Below, one piece after another: positions 33,878-44,300 of a stretch of 64,000 nt of DNA. Position 1 is the stretch's first letter. Each line of letters begins with the position of its first letter. This DNA is from Bacteroidales bacterium. Lineage in GTDB: Bacteria > Bacteroidota > Bacteroidia > Bacteroidales > VadinHA17. A program made the position numbers and the translations under genes. The DNA is taken from NCBI GenBank assembly GCA_003142255.1, contig PLLO01000018.1, forward strand, positions 193,129-257,128. The letters run 5' to 3'. Under the pieces are notes generated by a model. It saw only the letters and a list, made by a program, of their open reading frames with translations. It had not been told where the DNA came from and searched no databases.

Positions 33878-34963
33878 TTACACCGGTTCATATTTCTGAT
33901 TACGTCTTACAGGAATGAATCCTGCTTCACTGATTACCGACTGAAGCTCACCTGCGGTGAACCTGTTGTTTGAACCCGCAGCACTAACAACATTTTCCTC
34001 AATCATTATTGAACCAAGGTCGTTGGCCCCGGCATGAAGCGAAAGCATCCCGGTCTCCCTCCCGACTGTAAGTATTGATGCCTGGATGTTCCTGATATTA
34101 TTCAGCATGATCCGGCTGATGGCGATCATCCTTAAGTAACCCAGAGGAGTATAGCTGCTTTTTATGCCGAATTTTTCCCTTAAAAGAGTTCCTTCATCCT
34201 GGAAAGGCCATGGGATAAAGGTTATGAAACCATATTTATCACTCTCTTTTTCAGCCTGCAGATCCCTGAGCCTGATGAGGTGACTGATCCTTTCGCTTAT
34301 TGTTTCAATATGGCCATACATCATTGTGGCAGATGTCGGTAGATTAAGCCTGTGAGCCTGCCTCATTACCTCTATCCATTCATCGGATGTTGCTTTTGCC
34401 GGTGATACTATTTTTCTTACCCTGTCCGAAAGTATCTCTGCTCCGGCGCCGGGAAGAGAATCGAGACCAGCCTCAACCAGCTTTGAGAGGACATCATGGA
34501 TACCTGATTTATCCTTTTTTGCGAGGAAGACAATCTCCGGCGGCCCTAATGCATGAAGCTTAAGAGTTGGGTAGAGCTCCTTCAGCTTCATGAAAAGATC
34601 GGTATAGAAGCTTAGCCCCAGATCCGGGTTCATTCCTCCCTGGAGAAGGATCTGGTTGCCGCCGAGGGAATAAAGCTCATCTATCTTTTTTCTGTAATCT
34701 TCAATAGTGGTGACATAAGCATCAGGAGAACCTTTTTTCCTGCAGAAGTTGCAAAAGCTGCACTGGGAAAAGCAGATGTTGGTTATATTCACATTCCTGT
34801 CGATGATCCAGCCGACATTCTTGCCGGGAACGTGTATCTGCCTCAGCCTGTCAGCAACATACATCAATTCCTCAACCGGGGCTTCATTATAAATCGCCGT
34901 TCCCTCTTCGAGGCTTAGCGGCTGAAGACTTAAAGCCTTGTCATATAATTCATCAAATACCAT
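33878..34963 (-). CDS. Radical SAM enzyme, CofH/MqnC/MqnE family (futalosine-route menaquinone type)
   Basis: NITNICFSQCSFCNFC cluster, 361 aa, family-typical layout. The exact member is not resolved. Confidence 0.7.
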   Translation of the reverse strand: MVFDELYDKALSLQPLSLEEGTAIYNEAPVEELMYVADRLRQIHVPGKNVGWIIDRNVNITNICFSQCSFCNFCRKKGSPDAYVTTIEDYRKKIDELYSLGGNQILLQGGMNPDLGLSFYTDLFMKLKELYPTLKLHALGPPEIVFLAKKDKSGIHDVLSKLVEAGLDSLPGAGAEILSDRVRKIVSPAKATSDEWIEVMRQAHRLNLPTSATMMYGHIETISERISHLIRLRDLQAEKESDKYGFITFIPWPFQDEGTLLREKFGIKSSYTPLGYLRMIAISRIMLNNIRNIQASILTVGRETGMLSLHAGANDLGSIMIEENVVSAAGSNNRFTAGELQSVISEAGFIPVRRNQKYEPV

Positions 34964-35010
34964 AACCTGGAATCATCTCCTATTAACCACCAAGGACACT
35001 TGTTCGAATT

Positions 35011-35074
35011 ACCCCCTTCCCGTCCTTCCCCCACGGGGGAAGGAGTATGTTCTATCTTTTCCCCCTTGGGGGAA
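35011..35074. repeat. GC-rich hairpin element (copy D)
   Basis: CCTTCCCCCacgGGGGAAGG and TTCCCCCttGGGGGAA. Confidence 0.55.
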
Positions 35075-35204
35075 ATAAGAAAGAGGGTAAATTTTTCATA
35101 TCAACTTTTCGACCCTGTTGTAGCTCTGCAAAGGTAACGGTTTGAAAACTAAACAATCAATAATTTGATTAACTTTACAACCTTTCAAAATCTTAATTAA
35201 AATT

Positions 35205-36659
35205 ATGAAGCCTGAATTAATCAAAATATCACAAATAACTCCTGATCAATCAGTTATATGCATTCTTGGGAAGGATGAAATTCCTGAATTCCTGCGGCTA
35301 AGCAAATCAGAGAAGGAGTATGCCCTGAAGCAGCTAAAGGCCAAGGAGGATCATGTTTTCATCAATTCCTATTTTAAGTGTACTTACCTGGTCAGAATTA
35401 AAGAAGGCGTGCCCGGTTTCAAGGCAAAAGAGGAGCTGCGTAAAGCAGCTTCAAAGCTGAAAAAGCTCATCAAGGCAAATAATCACAATGAACTTGTAAT
35501 AGCATCTTCGAATGCATTCAAAGGTGCAATCGAAGATTTTGCCGAGGGGCTTGTCCTTGGCTTTTATCAGTTTGATAAATACAAACCGGCTGATAAGGAT
35601 GGGGAAAAGAACAAGTACCCATCAAAGCTTCTTTTATATGGCGATGCCGGAAAAGCAGAAATCAAATGGCTTACAGATCTCACCGATGCGGTTTATTTTG
35701 TACGCGATCTAATCAACGAGCCTGTAAATCACCTTAACGCCCCGGCACTTGCCAGGGAGGTTGAGAAGATCGGCAAGGCAGGAGGATTCACGGTTGAAGT
35801 CCTGACCAAAGGCAAGATAGAAGCTCTCAAAATGGGCGGTCTTCTTGCCGTCAACAAGGGAAGCGTTGATCCGCCGGTATTCTGCATACTTGAATGGAAG
35901 CCTGCAAAGTGTCTAAACAAGCAGCCTGTAGTTCTTGTCGGCAAGGGGATTGTTTATGACACTGGAGGTCTAAATATCAAAACCGGCGATTACATGGCCA
36001 ATATGAAAGGCGACATGGCAGGAGCAGCAACAGTGGCAGGTGTTCTTTACACAGCTGCCATGAATAATATTCCTCTTCACCTTATCGCGCTGATCCCGTC
36101 CACAGATAACCGTCCCGGTGGAAATGCATACGCTGAGGGTGACATTATTACAATGTACAACAAGATGACCGTCGAGATTGGAAACACTGATGCCGAAGGA
36201 AGGCTTATCCTTGCCGATGCAATCAGTTACGCTTCAAAATACAAACCGGAACTGATAATAGATATAGCCACGCTTACAGGATCAGCCGCCAATACGTTCG
36301 CCAACCAGGCAATTGCAATGATGACGAATGCCGACAGAAAATATATTAAGCTGCTTGAAGAATCCGGACAGGAGGTATATGAAAGAGTGGCCGAGCTTCC
36401 ATTATGGGAAGAGTATGGAGAGATGATCAAGTCGGACGTTGCCGACGTCAGGAATGTTGGCGGGAGAGAGGCAGGAGCTATCGCAGCCGGGAAGTTCCTG
36501 GAGAAATTCACCAGCTACCCGCTCATTCATCTTGACATTGCCGGAACGGGATCGCTTAAAAAGAATGATTTTTACCGGATGAAGGACGGACCAGGATCCG
36601 GATTAAGGCTTCTGGCCACGTTCTTAAGGAAGCTTGCCGTGGATTATAAAAAACTGTAG
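35205..36659 (+). CDS. pepA: Leucyl aminopeptidase (M17)
   Basis: VGKGIVYDTGGLNIK and NTDAEGRL motifs. Confidence 0.9.
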   Translation: MKPELIKISQITPDQSVICILGKDEIPEFLRLSKSEKEYALKQLKAKEDHVFINSYFKCTYLVRIKEGVPGFKAKEELRKAASKLKKLIKANNHNELVIASSNAFKGAIEDFAEGLVLGFYQFDKYKPADKDGEKNKYPSKLLLYGDAGKAEIKWLTDLTDAVYFVRDLINEPVNHLNAPALAREVEKIGKAGGFTVEVLTKGKIEALKMGGLLAVNKGSVDPPVFCILEWKPAKCLNKQPVVLVGKGIVYDTGGLNIKTGDYMANMKGDMAGAATVAGVLYTAAMNNIPLHLIALIPSTDNRPGGNAYAEGDIITMYNKMTVEIGNTDAEGRLILADAISYASKYKPELIIDIATLTGSAANTFANQAIAMMTNADRKYIKLLEESGQEVYERVAELPLWEEYGEMIKSDVADVRNVGGREAGAIAAGKFLEKFTSYPLIHLDIAGTGSLKKNDFYRMKDGPGSGLRLLATFLRKLAVDYKKL

Positions 36660-36667
36660 AAGAGATT

Positions 36668-37774
36668 ATGGATCAAAAAATTATAATTGCCGGAATATCA
36701 CAAGGTGATATTAACGGAATAGGATATGAGGTCATTATTAAAACCCTGATGGATGGCATGATCAATGATCTCTGCATCCCCGTGGTTTACGGATCGCCGA
36801 AGGTAGCAGCATATCACCGGAAAGCCCTGAACATCACTAATTTCAGCTTTAATAATATACGAAGCGCCGATGAGGCAAATCCGAGAAAGGCAAATATGAT
36901 AAACTGCCTCGATGACAATATCAGGGTAGAGCTTGGAAAATCGACGCCGCAGGGGGGAGAGGCTGCTTTCATTTCCCTGGAAAAAGCCGTTGATGACCTT
37001 AAGAGCGGGAAAATAGATGTTCTTGTAACTGCACCGATAGACAAGAAAAATATCCAGTCGGAGAATTTTCATTTTAACGGGCACACTGAATATCTGAAGG
37101 CTAAAGCAGGCGCTGATGAAGTGCTTATGTTCATGATAAGCGAAAACATGCGTATAGGAATTGCCACTGGCCACTGTCCGTTAAAAGAAGTATCTGGACA
37201 GATCACGGTGCCATCGCTCCTCAGCAAGATAAGGTTGATGAACCATTCTCTCATTCTTGATTTTGCGATCCGCAAGCCAAAGATCGCAGTGCTTGGGCTG
37301 AACCCGCATGCAGGCGATAATTCACTGCTCGGAAATGAAGAGGCCGATATAATTATTCCTGCTATCAACCAGGCCGAAAAGGAAGGAATACTGGTTTTCG
37401 GACCATTCCCTGCCGACGGTTTCTTCGGTGCAGGATCGTTTTCCAAATTTGACGGTATACTGGCAATGTATCATGACCAGGGACTTGCTCCTTTCAAGGC
37501 TCTCTCCTTTGATTCAGGAGTAAATTTCACTGCAGGGCTTCCCTTTATCAGGACCTCCCCTGTGCATGGAACAGCATTCGCGATCGCAGGAAAGGGAGAG
37601 GCCTCTGAAAATTCGTTCAGACAGGCGCTTTTTCTTGCATGCAGTATTTTCAGGAACAGGAAGATGTATGAAGAGATATCAAAAAACCCTCTTAAGCACC
37701 AGGATATAGAAACACACTCTGACAAGGTCGATGAACTGCCGCCGGATATTTATAACCATGAACAGCCGTTATGA
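36668..37774 (+). CDS. pdxA: 4-hydroxythreonine-4-phosphate dehydrogenase
   Basis: GDINGIGYEV, GHTEYL and HGTAF motifs, 368 aa. Confidence 0.85.
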   Translation: MDQKIIIAGISQGDINGIGYEVIIKTLMDGMINDLCIPVVYGSPKVAAYHRKALNITNFSFNNIRSADEANPRKANMINCLDDNIRVELGKSTPQGGEAAFISLEKAVDDLKSGKIDVLVTAPIDKKNIQSENFHFNGHTEYLKAKAGADEVLMFMISENMRIGIATGHCPLKEVSGQITVPSLLSKIRLMNHSLILDFAIRKPKIAVLGLNPHAGDNSLLGNEEADIIIPAINQAEKEGILVFGPFPADGFFGAGSFSKFDGILAMYHDQGLAPFKALSFDSGVNFTAGLPFIRTSPVHGTAFAIAGKGEASENSFRQALFLACSIFRNRKMYEEISKNPLKHQDIETHSDKVDELPPDIYNHEQPL

Positions 37775-38352
37775 TCGATTATATTAAAGGAACCATTACA
37801 CAGATAACTCCTGCCTTCATTATAATCGAAACAGGAGGTGTAGGATATTTCATAAATATTTCCCTTACAACCTTTTCAAAGCTTGAAGGCAAAAGCGAGC
37901 TAAAGATGCTTGTCCATGAGGTTATTAGGGAGGATGCCCATCAGCTATACGGTTTCGCCGATCAGGAGGAACGTGATATTTTCAGGCTCCTTATATCAGT
38001 TTCGGGTGTTGGTGCAAGCACTGCAAGGATGATGCTCTCATCCCTTTCCCCGGCTGAAATCGAAAAGTCTATTATAGGGTCTGATGCGGATCTTTTAAAG
38101 AGTGTAAAAGGCATCGGTTTAAAAACTGCCCAGAGGATAATCGTTGACCTCAGGGACAAGATAGGCAAACAAGCCGGAAGCGGTGAAATATTTGCATTTG
38201 CAGACAATACAAGGCGCGATGAGGCGTTATCTGCATTAGTTATGCTTGGGTTTGCCAAAGGCGCTGTCTCAAAAGTACTTGATAAGATTGTGAGAGAAGA
38301 AAAAAACCTGACTGTCGAGGAAATAATTAAGAGAGCGCTGAAGAACTTGTAA
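37771..38352 (+). CDS. ruvA: Holliday junction branch migration protein RuvA
   Basis: MIDYIKG start, SVSGVGASTARMML and VKGIGLKTAQRI HhH motifs. Confidence 0.9.
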   Translation: MIDYIKGTITQITPAFIIIETGGVGYFINISLTTFSKLEGKSELKMLVHEVIREDAHQLYGFADQEERDIFRLLISVSGVGASTARMMLSSLSPAEIEKSIIGSDADLLKSVKGIGLKTAQRIIVDLRDKIGKQAGSGEIFAFADNTRRDEALSALVMLGFAKGAVSKVLDKIVREEKNLTVEEIIKRALKNL

Positions 38353-38370
38353 AAAGGAATATAAGCCGGA

Positions 38371-41300
38371 TTGGGATCAGGGAAATCATATCGGAATCTT
38401 CTGGTATTTTTATCTCTTGCACTTTGCGCAGCTTTTATCTTAAGGTCAGCGGATGCGAGCGGTCAGGTAGCTGTGCGTGGTTCTGCCGCTGAAGATACAA
38501 CCAGGAAATCAGTTCTTAAATTGCAGGATGTCTCCGGAAATCCCTGGCAGTCGTCCTCCAATTCTCCTCTCTTCCTCGATAACCCTTCAAATATAAAGTC
38601 GACTGTAATTTACAACGCCGACAAGAATGAATATGTTATTTATCAGAAGGTAGGATCATTCGATTACAGGACTCCGGTTCACATGAGCCCGGCAGAATTC
38701 CGTAAATACGAATATGAGAAGTCGATGCGCGATTACTGGGAATCGAGGATCTCCGGTAAGCAATCCGGCTTCAAGTCGACACTCATTCCTCAGATAGAGA
38801 TTGGCGGTGCTGCATTTGATAAGGTATTCGGAAGCAATACAATAAATATTATCCCCCAGGGGTCAGCCGAACTGATCTTCGGCATTAACATTTCGCATAC
38901 CGAGAACCCAACTCTCTCGGAGAAGCTCAAGACCATCCCGACATTCGACTTTAAGGAGAAGATTCAGATGAACGTAACCGGAACCATCGGTGACAAGGTT
39001 CAGCTGGGCGTCAATTACAACACCGACGCCATGTTCGACTTTGAGAACAGGACAAAGCTGCAATATGCCGGCAAGGAGGATGAGATACTTAAAAAGGTTG
39101 AAGCAGGCGATGTCACCCTTCCTCTTACGGGAACCCTGATAACGGGAAGTTACTCTCTTTTCGGTTTGAAGACAGAGATGCAGTTTGGCAAACTAACGGT
39201 AACAAGCATCATGTCGCAGCAGAAAGGCGAATCGTCGACCATTGAGGCCAAAGGGGGAGCGCAGCAGACACAATTTGAGATAAATGTGGATGCCTATGAG
39301 GCAAACCGACATTTCTTTCTTTCGCAGTATTTCAGGGACATTTATGATGATGCACTGAAGAACCTGCCGGTGGTAAGCTCGGGCATTAACATTGAGAGGA
39401 TCGAAGTCTGGGTCACGAACAAAACAAACCGCTTTGAGGAAGGAAGCAACAGGAACATTATCGCATTGATGGACCTTGCAGAGAATTCGAGCCATATCTA
39501 CAACAAATTGCCGGCATTTCAGGCAGCTGCAGGCAAACCTGCATATCCGGATAATGGCGCCAACAATATGTATGATCAGCTGACATCAACATATTCCTCA
39601 ATACGTGATGTGGACCAGATAACCAGCATTTTTGATCCGATATCATCATCATTCCAGATAGGCCGTGATTATGAAAAGATCGAGAATGCAAGAAAGCTGG
39701 CTGACAGGGAATATACTGTCAATACCCAGCTGGGGTATATCTCCCTAAACAGTGCCCTTAATAATGATGAGGTCCTTGCAGTTGCTTTTGAATATACTCT
39801 TAACGGACAGGTTTATAAAGTGGGTGAATTTTCAACTGACGGCATCGCTTCTCCCAAGACTCTCATTCTCAAACTGCTTAAAGGCACAACCTTGACACCC
39901 AAGCTTTTTACCTGGAAGCTTATGATGAAGAATATATATTCACTTGGCTCGGGGAAACTCGAAACAAAGGATTTTCAGCTGAATATTCTTTATCAGGATG
40001 ACAAGACCGGCAACTCAATAAACTACCTGCCTGAAGGGAAGCTTCAAAAAGAAATACTCCTTCAGGTGCTGGGCCTTGATAATCTGAATTCCCAGAACGA
40101 CCGGCAACCGGATGGTTACTTTGACTTTATTGATGGTGTGACGGTTATGATTGATAAGGGGAAGATAGTATTCCCTGAAATCGAGCCTTTCGGCAGTTAC
40201 CTGAAGGCGAAGATCAACGATCCCATCATTGCACAGAAATATGTTTTCCAGGAGCTGTACGATTCGACTCAAACGGTGGCTCAGCAGATGGCTGAGAAAG
40301 ACAAATTCAAGCTCACAGGGCAATATTCCTCCGAATACGGAACCGAAATAAGGCTAAATGCTACAAACATTCCGCAGGGGTCCGTAACGGTAACTGCAGG
40401 AGGGGTGCCGCTTACAGAAAATACCGACTACACGGTCGACTATAACCTTGGAACAGTTACAATAATCAATGCTGCCCTTATTGAATCGCAGACCCCGATA
40501 AAAGTGTCACTTGAGAACAACCAGTTTTTCGGGTTCCAGACAAAGACACTTGTGGGGACTCATCTCGATTACCGGCTTTCTGATAATTTCGATATCGGAG
40601 GCACAATACTTCATCTTACAGAAAGACCATATACCCAGAAAGTGAATTATGGCGAAGAGCCTATTTCCAACACTATCTGGGGCTTAAACACATCGTATAA
40701 GACCCAATCCCAGGCGCTTACAAATATTATTGACAAGCTTCCCTTTCTAAATACCAAAACTCCTTCAACATTATCGTTCTTCGGCGAGTTTGCCGACCTT
40801 GTTCCCGGGCATTCTAAGGCAATATCCAGTGCAGGGAACTCATATATCGACGATTTTGAATCAGCCGAGATCCCTCTCGACATGAAATCATTCAATGCAT
40901 GGACCCTGGCCAGTATTCCGCAGGGACAGGATCAGTTCTTCCCCGAGTCCAAGCTTAACAATAACCTCGCCAGCGGATTCAACAGGGCTAAAATTGCCTG
41001 GTATGTAATTGATCCGCTATTCCTTCGCAACGGATCCACTACGCCGACATATATAAAGGAACATCCCCAGGAGCAGTCAAGCCATTTCGTAAGAGAGATT
41101 TATGAGACTGAACTGTGGCCTTACAAGGAGAGCGCAAGCGGAATTCCCACAACAATAACTGTACTCAACGTTGCATATTACCCTAATGAAAGAGGGCCCT
41201 ATAACTTTGATACAAACCCGGGTCCATGGTCGAAGGGTCTCACTTCCGATGGCAAGCTTAATGACCCGGAGTCGAGATGGGGAGGAATCATGAGAGAAGT

Positions 41301-44300
41301 TCTGACGAGCGATTTTGAAACAGCTAACGTTCAGTATATACAGTTCTGGCTGATGGATCCCTTCGTTGAAAATCCGACTGGTGCAGGAGGAGATCTTTAC
41401 ATTGACCTTGGAAATATCTCTGAAGATATCCTTCGTGATTCAAGGAAAAGCTTTGAAAACGGGCTACCCTCAACTGCTACTCCTATAAACGTCGATACAA
41501 CAGTATGGGGGAGGGTTCCAAACGTTCAGTCCGTTGTAAATGCCTTTGATAATTCATCGGAATCGAGACAGTACCAGGATATCGGGCTTGACGGCCTGAG
41601 TGATTCCGATGAGAAGACATTTTTTTCAGATTATCTTCAGAAATCAATGCTGGTAACCTCTGCTGCTGCTTACCAGAAAATTCTTAATGATCCGTCGGGT
41701 GATGATTTTCACTATTCGAGAGGTACCGATTATGATGATCAGAATCTCGGGATCCTCGACAGGTACAAGAACTATAATGGCGTCGACGGCAACTCACCCA
41801 CATCGGCTATGTCTAAGGAGTCATATCCGACATCGGGAACCACCCTCCCTGATATGGAAGACATAAACCGCGACAATACCCTCAACGAAACTGAAAGCTA
41901 TTTTCAGTACAGGATAAGCCTGAGGCCTGAAGATCTGCAAGTCGGGAAAAATAATATTGTCGACGAGGTTGAATATCAGCCTGACCTGGAATACAATAAA
42001 ACGAAGGTTAAATGGTTCCAGTTCAAGGTTCCGATAGCTGAGTACCAGAAGGCTGTGGGGAACATCAGCGATTTTAAATCGATCCGTTTCATGAGAATGT
42101 TCCTCCGTAATTTCAGCGAGCCTGTGCACATGCGTTTTGCAAAGCTCGATCTCGTGAGGGCAGAATGGCGGAAATACAACCTTTCATTTATGGAAGGCGG
42201 AGAAAGAATTACGGTTCCCGAACCAACCGATGGCACATTTGAGATAAGTTCAGTAAGCATCGAGGAAAATTCGGGCAAGGTGCCTGTGAATTATGTTTTG
42301 CCTCCCGGATTCGACAGGGTTACAGATCCCACCAACCCTCAGCTCAGGCAGCTTAATGAACAGTCTATGGTATTGAAAGTGCAGGACCTTGAAGACGGTG
42401 ATGCACGCGTTGCATTCAAGAATGTAAACCTCGACATAAGGGAATATCGCCGTCTCAGGATGGAAGTTCATGCAGAAGCCGTTCCGGGTCATACACTGCG
42501 TGATAATGAACTGACCGCATTCATAAGGTTAGGTTCCGATTACAGGAGCAATTTCTATGAATATGAAATACCATTAAAGCTTACTGCCCCGGGTCATTAC
42601 AGCGATAAAACTGACGAGTCGAGGGCTTTAGTCTGGCCATCCGATAACAGCTTTAACATTGACCTGTCGGAATTGCAGGCTGCAAAGAGTGAACGAAACC
42701 GGCAAATGGATGAACCAGGCTCTTCTCTCAGCCTTTCGGATGTATTTGTTTATGTAAAGGATGGTCACAGGATATCTGTCTCAGGGAATCCCAATCTTAG
42801 CGATGTGAAGGTACTCATGATTGGCGTAAGGAACCCGATCAAGACCAGGAGTCCGTCGACCGATGATGGTTATACAAAATGGGGCGAGGTGTGGGTCAAT
42901 GAACTGCGCCTTAGTGATTTTGTCGAAAATGGCGGATGGGCAGCCAATGCTCACCTGCAGGCCCGGCTTGCCGATCTTGGAACCATAGATATGGTGGGCC
43001 AGAAAAGCACTCCGGGGTGGGGAACTATTGACAGCAAGGTAAATGAAAGGAGCAAGGAGGACATTTCAAAGTATGATCTCTCTTCAACCATAGAACTCGG
43101 AAAGTTCTTCCCTGAAAAAGTACAGGTCAGGCTTCCTGTTTATGTCGGTTATTCAGGAACAAGGATCAAGCCGGAGTATAATCCCCTCGATCCTGATATT
43201 AAACTTTCAGATGCTGAAGCTGCGGCAAAGAACAAGGCCGAAAGAGATTCAATAAAGTCACTGACCGAGGAGCATGCCCTGAGGAAAACAATTACGGTAA
43301 GTAACGCCGGAATCGGCAAACGGGGAACAAAACCTCATGCATGGGATATAGCCAACTTAAGCGCCAACTATACATATAATGAGGTTTCCAGCAGCAATAT
43401 CAAGACCGAGATCAACCTCGAGAAGAATTACAAAGGAGGACTCAACTATGATTTCCAGGGCCAGCCTGCAAACATCATGCCTTTCAAGAATTTCAGGTTC
43501 CTTAACGGGAAGCTGTTTAGTATCATCAAGGATTTCAATTTTTATGTCTTTCCCAAGAGCCTGACATTCAGAACAGACCTGACCAGGTACTATAACGAGA
43601 TAAAGACCAGGAATATTGATAACCCATACCTCCTGATTACACCGACTTTCAGGAAAGATTTTGAGTGGAGCAGGTTATATGATTTCAAATATGACGTCAC
43701 GCGTCTGCTTAAAGTCGATTTTACAGCGACTAATCTTGCGAGGATTGATGAACCCGGAGGAGGGGTGGACAAGAAGAGATACGCCAGTGAGTACCAGATA
43801 TGGCGCGATTCAGTTTTGACAAACCTGAAGAACTTCGGAAGGACGACTTCCTACAATCATGTAATAAATGTAACTTATACACTTCCTCTCAATAAGCTTC
43901 CGCTTCTCTCATGGCTAAACTCCAACCTGCGGTATGGATCGGATTATACCTGGCTTGCAGGGCCGCTCTATCCTGACAGCCTTAATATACACATAGGTAA
44001 TTCAATTAAGAACCATAGTGAGCTTACCTTTACTGCAATGGGAAACCTGGCAGCGATCTATGCAAAATCGAAATTTCTGAAGAAGGTTGAGAATGACACC
44101 AGGCCTGAGGCCAAGCAAAAGTTAAAAGCTCAGTTCAAGACAGTTACATTTACAAAGGGCAATCAGAACTTTAAGACTAACGCTGTAAAGGGTATAATTC
44201 ATAATCTCGGAACAAAGGATGTTAAGGTACGTGTTCAGAAGAAGAACGGCGAAGAGCTGAAAGGGAAGGTTGATATAGTGAATGATAATCGTGTCAACTT

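Noticed and set aside
36698-37725. Several 76-158 aa minus-strand ORFs inside pdxA
   Set aside because: They are antisense shadows of a gene with clear PdxA motifs.
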